Of a stretch of DNA of 29,811 nt, positions 1 to 6,431 are shown piece after piece; the first letter of the stretch is position 1, and each line of letters opens with the position of its first letter. Position numbers and translations under genes: made by a program. Below the pieces are notes generated by a model. It had not been told where the DNA came from. It did no database searches and saw nothing but the letters and a program-made list of their open reading frames with translations. The DNA comes from a virus. Taxonomy: Duplodnaviria; Caudoviricetes. Location: IMG/VR virus record IMGVR_UViG_3300047284_000016, positions 1-29,811 of that record; one strand, given 5' to 3'.

Positions 1-164
1 ACGGCAATTCTAGTTCTATCCCGGGTACTGGTGGGTCGGGCGTTGTCTTTTTAAGTTTTGTTGATACTTATACACCTGCGGCGGTAACAGGTTCTCCTAC
101 GATAACTACTGCTGGAGGTAAAAAAATTTATAGATTTACAGGTTCTGGGTCGATCACGTTTTAA
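1..164 (+). CDS. Partial (3' end) glycine-rich tail-fibre-associated protein
   Basis: The frame from nt 3 reads GNSSSIPGTGGSGVVFLSFVDTYTPAAVTGSPTITTAGGKKIYRFTGSGSITF* (TAA 162-164). This is the typical C-terminus of phage glycine-rich domain proteins. It is not in the ORF track because it is truncated. Confidence 0.8.
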   Translation, partial: GNSSSIPGTGGSGVVFLSFVDTYTPAAVTGSPTITTAGGKKIYRFTGSGSITF

Positions 165-173
165 GGGTGATAT

Positions 174-533
174 ATGGCGCATTTTGCTGAGATTGGATTA
201 AACAACACGGTGATGCGCGTTATTGTCGTGCATAACAATGAACTACTCGACGAAAACGGGCGAGAGAGTGAGGCCAAAGGTGCCGAATTCTGCCGTAACT
301 TGTTTGGTGGAACATGGCTTCAAACAAGCTACAACGGCAACATGAGGAAGAACTACGCTGGTATCGGCTTTACTTACGACGCACAGCGTGATGCGTTTAT
401 CTCCCCACAGCCTTTCCCGTCATGGGTTCTGGTAGAACAGACTTGCCAGTGGGTTGCGCCTGTTGCGATGCCGACGGATGGTCAGATGTACGTGTGGGAT
501 GAAGCAACAACCTCTTGGGCTTTACCGGAGTAA
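174..533 (+). CDS. Conserved phage protein of tail-fibre cassettes (MAHFA... family), possible fibre assembly factor
   Basis: Motifs MAHFAEI, WLQTSYN..RKNYAGIG.TYD..RDAFI.PQPFPSW and Y.WDE are recognisable. This family usually follows Gly-rich fibre genes. Confidence 0.75.
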   Translation: MAHFAEIGLNNTVMRVIVVHNNELLDENGRESEAKGAEFCRNLFGGTWLQTSYNGNMRKNYAGIGFTYDAQRDAFISPQPFPSWVLVEQTCQWVAPVAMPTDGQMYVWDEATTSWALPE

Positions 534-536
534 GCG

Positions 537-1040
537 ATGACAATCTTAACGGATATTCTCACCCCCACTAACATCCTTACTTCGACTGCGGATAATAGTT
601 ACACGGGGAAACAGTCCTATATTGGGTCGTCTAGTAAGATCGCGGTCGTGTTCAACGACGCGGCGGAGACGGTAACGGTGTCGGCGACTGCGGCAACAGG
701 TACGATTAACTACGACATCACCACGCAATCTGTTCTCTATTACACCAGCAATGCTTCAGCAAACTGGACGGTGAACTTCAGGGCCTCGAGCGGTACTAGT
801 TTGAACACTGCGTTGTCTGTCGGTCAGTCTGTTACGGCTGTGTTCATGGTGACACAGGGAGCTACTGCTTATTACAACAACGCAGTGCAAGTCGATGGCT
901 CGTCTGTTACGCCTAAGTGGCAAACTGGTACCGCTCCTACTGCAGGTAACGCGAGTAGTATCGATGTGTATTCGTACACCATCATAAAAACAGCAAACGC
1001 GACGTTTACTGTTTTAGCTTCACAAACTAAGTTTGCATAA
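537..1040 (+). CDS. Tail-fibre-related structural/adaptor protein
   Basis: Thr/Ser-rich beta protein ending in VTPKWQ.GTAPTAGNASSIDVYSYTIIKT...FTVLASQTKFA, which resembles phage fibre C-terminal domains. Confidence 0.7.
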   Translation: MTILTDILTPTNILTSTADNSYTGKQSYIGSSSKIAVVFNDAAETVTVSATAATGTINYDITTQSVLYYTSNASANWTVNFRASSGTSLNTALSVGQSVTAVFMVTQGATAYYNNAVQVDGSSVTPKWQTGTAPTAGNASSIDVYSYTIIKTANATFTVLASQTKFA

Positions 1041-1049
1041 AGGTGTGAT

Positions 1050-2378
1050 ATGCCACTACTAAGCACAAGTGGAGCCGCAGCAGCTAAAGGGTTTGGAATG
1101 TTTATCGATCCTATGGCTAAATATTTTTTTGGTGGTGTTGGTATTGGTGGAGGGTATGGTGGTATTGCTCACAGTGTTACTACTATAAATAATAATGTCT
1201 ACGTTTCAGGAGTTGCTGGCCAAAACCAAATAATAGCTTACGACTCTGTTGGTAATTTACTTTGGCATAAAAATAAGTCATGTGTGTCGAACAGAAATTC
1301 TGGAATAGTCGCAGACTCAAGTGGAAACCTTTATGTAACTACTACAATTTATGATGGTACAAGATACTACGCGCATTTGGCGAAACTAGATTCTTCTGGT
1401 TCGTCAATATGGCAAGTACGATTTGGAACGACAAGTGATAATACTTACGTAAGTAATATATGTCGAACACCAACAGGTGTCGTAATAGTGGGTGACACAG
1501 TAGATTCTTCTAGACGAGCGTTTATTGCTAGCTATGATACTTCTGGAACGCTTTTATGGCAAAGAGGATTTGTTCTTTTCCAAGGAGGAACATACAACTC
1601 TGCTTATTTTAGCGGTGTCACTGCGGATTCTTCGGGTAATGTTTACGCAGTAGGGGCTGTTAGTGTTACGGCTGGTGGGCGTCGTGTTGTATATGTGAAA
1701 TACGACTCCAGTGGCGCAATACAGTGGCAATATGTAATGGGCGGCGGTGGGGCTTTTTCTACAGGTGTTGGTATAGCACGTAGTTCTTCTGGAGAAATTT
1801 ACATATCAGGATATGGTAACTATAGAACCGGGGGAAACACCGATTTTTGTATCTGGCGGCTAAATTCGTCTGGCACCGTTACACATTACGGTGCGGCGTT
1901 AGGTACTAATATGCTCGGGAGTGGTATTGTTATAGATAGTCAAGATAATGTTTATGTATCTGGATTTGATAACAATAATAATGGAAAAATAATTCTTGCT
2001 AAACTTAACTCAAATTTATCTTGGCAGTGGATTAATACAGTAGCTCGATCACCTATAAATACTGATTCTTATGCTCACGGAATTTGTTTAGACGCAAAAA
2101 CAAATTTATGTTTCACTGGGCATCAATCTACTGATAATACCAGCAACACATGGCGATATATGTTTTTTGGTAGAGTTCCGTCAAACGCGTCAAAAACAGG
2201 CACTTACACGTTGTCTTCAATATCTGAAGTTTACACAAGTGGTTCCTACAGCCAGTACTCGATCGCAGAGCCGACTACAGCAAATCTGGGCACTGACTAC
2301 TCGTTAGGTTACACATCCTCTGCCTACACTGTATCGTTATCTAACGGCACACAACCTATTGCCACTACAATACTATAA
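1050..2378 (+). CDS. Beta-propeller (SBBP-like repeat) protein, putative receptor-binding protein
   Basis: Repeated blades (GIVADSSGNLYV, GVTADSSGNVYAVG, GIVIDSQDNVYVSG, KYDSSGAIQWQ) follow a short MPLLSTSGAAAAKGFG N-terminal segment. The DNA is visibly AT-richer than its flanks. Confidence 0.7.
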   Translation: MPLLSTSGAAAAKGFGMFIDPMAKYFFGGVGIGGGYGGIAHSVTTINNNVYVSGVAGQNQIIAYDSVGNLLWHKNKSCVSNRNSGIVADSSGNLYVTTTIYDGTRYYAHLAKLDSSGSSIWQVRFGTTSDNTYVSNICRTPTGVVIVGDTVDSSRRAFIASYDTSGTLLWQRGFVLFQGGTYNSAYFSGVTADSSGNVYAVGAVSVTAGGRRVVYVKYDSSGAIQWQYVMGGGGAFSTGVGIARSSSGEIYISGYGNYRTGGNTDFCIWRLNSSGTVTHYGAALGTNMLGSGIVIDSQDNVYVSGFDNNNNGKIILAKLNSNLSWQWINTVARSPINTDSYAHGICLDAKTNLCFTGHQSTDNTSNTWRYMFFGRVPSNASKTGTYTLSSISEVYTSGSYSQYSIAEPTTANLGTDYSLGYTSSAYTVSLSNGTQPIATTIL

Positions 2379-2389
2379 AGGCGAAAACA

Positions 2390-3478
2390 ATGACACTAAA
2401 AATAGCCGTATACGCGATCAGTAAGAACGAAGCGCAGTTTGTTCAGAGGTTCTGTGAGTCGGCCAAAGACGCTGACTTGGTGTTAATTGCCGACACGGGG
2501 TCTACCGATGAAACAGTGGAGTTGGCTCGTCAAAATGACGCTGTTGTTCATAATATCTGTGTGTCACCTTGGCGCTTTGATCGTGCTCGGGACACTGCTT
2601 TGGCCCTGATCCCACGGGAATACGATGTCTGTATCTCACTGGATTTGGACGAGGTGCTGGAGCCCGGATGGCGTGAAGAGATCGAGCGTGTATGGCAGGA
2701 AGGCACAACGCGGCTACGCTACAAGTTCGACTGGGGCTGCGGTATCTCATTCTTCTACGAGAAAATCCACCACCGCCACGGCTACCACTGGCACCATCCA
2801 GTGCATGAGTATCCTGTTCCAGACGGACGGATCACTGAGGTCTACGCTCACACAGACAAGTTACTGGTGCGCCATTTGCCAGACCCATCAAAGAGTCGTG
2901 GGCAGTACTTAGACCTACTGAAACTGGCGGTAACTGAAGACCCGCACTGCCCACGTAACGCGTTTTACTACGCTCGTGAGTTGACCTTCTACAGCATGTG
3001 GGGCGAGGCAGTAGTGGCGCTGTTTAAGTACCTCGACAACCCCAAGGCCAACTGGCCTAACGAGCGGTGCTACGCCATGCGCTTACTAGGCAAAAGCTAC
3101 GCCGCCCTAGGCTCTCGTCATCACTCTCTAGAGTGGCGCAAGCGCGCAGCCGATGAAGCTCCCAACACCCGGGAGCCATGGGTAGAGTTAGCAGAATACT
3201 ATTACTCCATACAGGCATGGAAAGAGTGTCTGGAGGCCGCTGAGCGGGCGCTAGCTATCAAGGATAAGCAAGCGGTGTACACCATGGACCCTAGCGTTTG
3301 GGGTGCGAAACCTTTCGATTTTGCTGCGATTTCTGCATATAATCTGGACCTGTACGACAAGGCGGTCACATACGGCGAGGCGGCGGTAGAGCTAGAGCCA
3401 GAAGATGAGCGTCTTGCCGCTAACTTATCATTTTATAAACGGAAGTCTGGCAATGAACTCGTCACATCAAACGACTGA
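2390..3478 (+). CDS. Family 2 glycosyltransferase with C-terminal TPR-like repeats
   Basis: GT-A motifs SKNE, DTGSTD, WRFD.AR, SLDLDE (DxD) and HPVHE. The C-terminal half has helical TPR-like repeats (FYYAREL, REPWVELA.YYY). Confidence 0.9.
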   Translation: MTLKIAVYAISKNEAQFVQRFCESAKDADLVLIADTGSTDETVELARQNDAVVHNICVSPWRFDRARDTALALIPREYDVCISLDLDEVLEPGWREEIERVWQEGTTRLRYKFDWGCGISFFYEKIHHRHGYHWHHPVHEYPVPDGRITEVYAHTDKLLVRHLPDPSKSRGQYLDLLKLAVTEDPHCPRNAFYYARELTFYSMWGEAVVALFKYLDNPKANWPNERCYAMRLLGKSYAALGSRHHSLEWRKRAADEAPNTREPWVELAEYYYSIQAWKECLEAAERALAIKDKQAVYTMDPSVWGAKPFDFAAISAYNLDLYDKAVTYGEAAVELEPEDERLAANLSFYKRKSGNELVTSND

Positions 3479-3662
3479 AACCCTAACTACGGCTTCTGCT
3501 AAGTTAGCCCCGCCAGCTGGTATTTCGCTGGCGACTATTATGGGTATTCAGGTAAGTGAGATTCTTGTCTGGGCGACTTTGATTTACACCCTGCTTTTGA
3601 TCGGGCATAAGATTTATCAGATTTGGAAAGATGTAACGGCCAAGCCGCCTAAGGAGGATTAA
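3453..3662 (+). CDS. Putative holin (69 aa)
   Basis: ATG 3453 is in frame with track ORF 3405. It has hydrophobic segments (GISLATIMGI; ILVWATLIYTLLLIG), a charged C-tail and sits at the head of the lysis cassette. Confidence 0.6.
   Translation: MNSSHQTTETLTTASAKLAPPAGISLATIMGIQVSEILVWATLIYTLLLIGHKIYQIWKDVTAKPPKED
3651..3657 (+). promoter_or_regulatory. Perfect Shine-Dalgarno AAGGAGG, 5 nt upstream of ATT 3663
   Basis: The sequence reads AAGGAGG-ATTAA-ATT-GAC-CCG-CTA. Confidence 0.75.
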
Positions 3663-4349
3663 ATTGACCCGCTAACCCTACTTGCTGCTGCCAACGCTGC
3701 TGTTGCTGCGGTCAAGAAAGGGTGCCAACTATATAAAGAGATCAAAGGCGCAGCAGGGGAAGTTGGCGATGTACTGAAAGACTTAAAGGAGCAATACAAC
3801 AAGATTGTTGACCCAACGCCTGTACAGAAAGCACAGTACCACGCAGAAGTACAACGGGTGCAGGAGATAGCTAAGACTGACCCTAACGATGTCTACACTG
3901 ACATAGGCAATCAGTTGGGTACATTGATGGATAGCTATGATGCTATTAGTAAGTTGTTCTTGAAAGAGCAATTAGACGCTAAGCAGGTGTACAAAGGAGA
4001 TGAAAGCGTCGGCAGGCGGGCACTGAAACGAATATTGATCACGTCGAGGTTGGACTCTATGCTGGCTGAAATTAGAGAGACGATGGTGTATAAAGCCCCG
4101 CCGGAGTTGGGGTCGTTGTGGAGCAAATTTGAGGAGATGTGGCAACGCATCGTTGCCGAGCAAGAGGAAGCCCACGCAGAAGAACTTAGACTGGCTCAGA
4201 TAGCAAGATGGCGACGCAAAAGAAGAATAGCGGAAATAAGAGCCAAGGTAGTGTGGGTTTCGGCAGTGGTTTTCGTAGTAGCGTGGGCAGTGGGACTCCT
4301 ATGGCTGACGACAAAAAGCGCGACGCAGAGGATGTCCCTTGGTCTTTGA
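3663..4349 (+). CDS. 228-aa helical protein with C-terminal transmembrane anchor, probable ATT start
   Basis: The frame of track ORF 3858 stays open 65 codons upstream to ATT 3663, which follows an in-frame TAA. It gives (M)DPLTLLAAANAAVAAVKKGCQLYKEIKG..., with the basic patch RWRRKRR before the TM segment VVWVSAVVFVVAWAVGLLWL. Confidence 0.75.
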   Translation: MDPLTLLAAANAAVAAVKKGCQLYKEIKGAAGEVGDVLKDLKEQYNKIVDPTPVQKAQYHAEVQRVQEIAKTDPNDVYTDIGNQLGTLMDSYDAISKLFLKEQLDAKQVYKGDESVGRRALKRILITSRLDSMLAEIRETMVYKAPPELGSLWSKFEEMWQRIVAEQEEAHAEELRLAQIARWRRKRRIAEIRAKVVWVSAVVFVVAWAVGLLWLTTKSATQRMSLGL

Positions 4350-4513
4350 TCACGGTAGTGCTGGCTGTGATCTTAATGTTCTTTATTGTCATGCCCATCT
4401 TAGCGTTTATGTACTACGACATGTACTACGCTACCCAAGCGGCAATACACGAAGTCAGAAAGATGCGGGAACTGCGCAAGGAAATACAGATTGAGAGGAT
4501 GTACGGACAATGA
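4301..4513 (+). CDS. Small single-TM membrane protein (start 4301, alternatively 4208)
   Basis: TM segment WSLITVVLAVILMFFIVMPILAFMYY is followed by a charged helix. The gene is ATGA-coupled to the endolysin. The start is uncertain. Confidence 0.65.
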   Translation: MADDKKRDAEDVPWSLITVVLAVILMFFIVMPILAFMYYDMYYATQAAIHEVRKMRELRKEIQIERMYGQ

Positions 4514-5163
4514 TCACCCTCGCACAATTTAAGAAGTTCGCTCCCCATACCAAGTACGCTCAGCAATGGTACGACACCCTGTTTGGCCCCCAGACCGAAT
4601 TGGGTGGTAAATCCCTCCTCGACGAATATCAGATCAATACCCCTAAACGCGTGGCGGCATTCTTAGCACAGTGTTCGCACGAGTCAGGTGGCTTCGTCTT
4701 CTTAACTGAGAACCTGAACTACAGCGCGTCAGGTCTGCTAAAGACTTTCGGCAAATACTTTAAGACCCCCGAAGAAGCACAGGCATACGCTAAACAACCA
4801 GACAAGATAGCCAACCGTGTCTACGCCAACCGCATGGGTAACGGTGATGAAATGTCGGGGGACGGAGCCAAATACAAGGGAAGGGGTCTGATCCAACTCA
4901 CGGGCAAGGACAACTATTTTTGGTTTGCTGCTTCTTTAGATATCACGACAGACCAAGCCTCGGAATATTTGCAGACATTCGAGGGAGCGGCCCAGAGCGC
5001 CTGTTGGTACTGGGAGACTAAGGGCTTGAACAAACTTGCTGACGCTGGCGACATCAAGACGATGACGTACAAGATTAACGGCGGCTACATTGGCTTAGAA
5101 GATAGGGAGCATCACTATGCGATGGCACTCAATATGTTTGGTTCTGATACTCGCTTGGCTTAG
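4510..5163 (+). CDS. Endolysin, glycoside hydrolase family 19 (chitinase-like)
   Basis: Motifs AAFLAQCSHESGGF, ENLNYS, ANRVYANRMGNG, YKGRGLIQLTGKDNY and INGGYIGLEDR. Confidence 0.93.
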   Translation: MITLAQFKKFAPHTKYAQQWYDTLFGPQTELGGKSLLDEYQINTPKRVAAFLAQCSHESGGFVFLTENLNYSASGLLKTFGKYFKTPEEAQAYAKQPDKIANRVYANRMGNGDEMSGDGAKYKGRGLIQLTGKDNYFWFAASLDITTDQASEYLQTFEGAAQSACWYWETKGLNKLADAGDIKTMTYKINGGYIGLEDREHHYAMALNMFGSDTRLA

Positions 5164-5365
5164 TGGATGCGATCAGTACAGGTACCCTTGCCAGAATCCA
5201 GACAATTGGGAAAAGAAGGAATGTAAGCGCCCATACTGCACTAGCACTGGTACCTGCCCTGACCAACTTGTTAAACCTGAAGATGCAAAGGTAGACAATG
5301 AACCCCCTAAAATTGATCAGTCAGTTTCTTGCTCTGAGCCAAGAACAGCACGATGCGGTAATTAA
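5117..5365 (+). CDS. Small Cys-rich lipoprotein
   Basis: Signal peptide with lipobox LSG-C, then YRYPC-x10-C-x4-C-x5-CP. GGGAG lies upstream as a likely RBS. Confidence 0.75.
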   Translation: MRWHSICLVLILAWLSGCDQYRYPCQNPDNWEKKECKRPYCTSTGTCPDQLVKPEDAKVDNEPPKIDQSVSCSEPRTARCGN

Positions 5366-5768
5366 GTTCTGCATCGCCGTTACGTTCTGCTTCACGGTCG
5401 TGATGATGGTGGGAATCTCGCTCTACTCAGTGGTCTGGGTGACGCAACCGATGACGGGCATGGCCCCTGCGGACAAGCAGTTCTTCCTGATCTTGAGTGA
5501 CATGTCCAAATATATTCTTGGCTCTTTGGCGACGCTCTTAGCTGTGAAGGGTAAGGACGCTTTGCCGATGTTCACTCCGCCCGGATTGTCTACCGCTGCG
5601 GAACGTGAGGATAAGCCGACCCCACCGCCACCCAAGACACCTGCGGCACCACAAGCACCCATAGCCCGTATGGAGCCAACGATTGACCCCATTAGTTCAC
5701 CTGCTGTCGCCACAGGCTATGGCGGTAAACCAGCCCCCTTACAACCACCTCACCCGGAGATATCATGA
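5298..5768 (+). CDS. Two-TM membrane protein with Pro-rich tail (holin/antiholin-like candidate)
   Basis: TM segments FCIAVTFCFTVVMMVGISLYSVVWV and FFLILSDMSKYILGSLATLLAV, then a Pro-rich disordered C-terminus. Confidence 0.7.
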   Translation: MNPLKLISQFLALSQEQHDAVIKFCIAVTFCFTVVMMVGISLYSVVWVTQPMTGMAPADKQFFLILSDMSKYILGSLATLLAVKGKDALPMFTPPGLSTAAEREDKPTPPPPKTPAAPQAPIARMEPTIDPISSPAVATGYGGKPAPLQPPHPEIS

Positions 5769-5953
5769 TGCTACTTTACGTACGGATGGCAGTAACCGTT
5801 CTGCTAAGTATGTTCTTGGCCTTCCAGATTCACGCTGGGGAGACTAAGAAAGTCTGCCACGCTGAGAAAGACCGCAAGGGCAAAGAGGTGCAGGTTTGCC
5901 GCGAGGTTAAGGTTCACAAGAAGTTGGATGGAACGAAGGTGCCTCCCAAATGA
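5765..5953 (+). CDS. Small secreted basic peptide with a Cys pair
   Basis: The signal peptide ends ...FQIHA. The mature part is GETKKVCHAEKDRKGKEVQVCREVKVHKKLDGTKVPPK. ATGA overlaps occur at both ends. Confidence 0.7.
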   Translation: MMLLYVRMAVTVLLSMFLAFQIHAGETKKVCHAEKDRKGKEVQVCREVKVHKKLDGTKVPPK

Positions 5954-6423
5954 ATCCTTGGCTGATACTCGGCGCAGTCCTTGCGATAGGCGCAGCCGCT
6001 GGAGCCAGCTTCTTCGCTGGTGCAGAAAGTGGCCGCGCCGAGGTTCAGCAGAAGTGGGATAACCAGATGCGTCAGCTCGCAGAAGAGCGCGCGAAAGAGA
6101 TAGAACTTGTTCGGGAAAAAGAGCAAAATATGCAACTAGCTGCGGAAAATATCCGCAAGGAGAAGGAACGTGAGATACGCGATATTTCTGCTAGGAACTC
6201 CGCTCTTGTTAACAGCTTGCGCGACCGTCCCGAGCGCCCCAGTGACAAAGGTGCCGTGTCCGGTACCACCCCCACTTGTAGTGGAGCGTCCGGCGCGGAA
6301 CTGGCAAGGCGAGATGGAGAGTTTCTTGCAGGGTACAGTGCCGACGCAGCCAAGCTCGCCAAAGCCTTAGAACTTTGTACGGCTCAGTACGAAACAGTAC
6401 GAGCCGAACTCTTGAAAAAGTAG
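5950..6423 (+). CDS. Rz-like inner-membrane spanin (i-spanin)
   Basis: N-terminal TM, coiled-coil body and C-terminal Cys residues. It contains an embedded lipoprotein gene in the +1 frame. Confidence 0.85.
   Translation: MNPWLILGAVLAIGAAAGASFFAGAESGRAEVQQKWDNQMRQLAEERAKEIELVREKEQNMQLAAENIRKEKEREIRDISARNSALVNSLRDRPERPSDKGAVSGTTPTCSGASGAELARRDGEFLAGYSADAAKLAKALELCTAQYETVRAELLKK
6170..6370 (+). CDS. Rz1-like outer-membrane lipoprotein spanin (o-spanin), fully nested in Rz
   Basis: GTG start after AGGAGAAGG, lipobox LTA-C and a Pro-rich mature region. The architecture matches lambda Rz/Rz1 embedding. Confidence 0.85.
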   Translation: MRYAIFLLGTPLLLTACATVPSAPVTKVPCPVPPPLVVERPARNWQGEMESFLQGTVPTQPSSPKP

Positions 6424-6431
6424 GACACCCC

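Noticed and set aside
3858-3860. GTG start given by the ORF track for the 163-aa protein
   Set aside because: It lacks an RBS and leaves 195 nt of open, protein-like frame unexplained. ATT 3663 with a perfect SD fits better.
6375-6431. Upstream extension of the tail protein; similar extensions at 3405, 11685 and 29261
   Set aside because: These longest-ORF starts overlap upstream genes. The downstream ATGs (6432, 3453, 11745, 29198) give more plausible N-termini.
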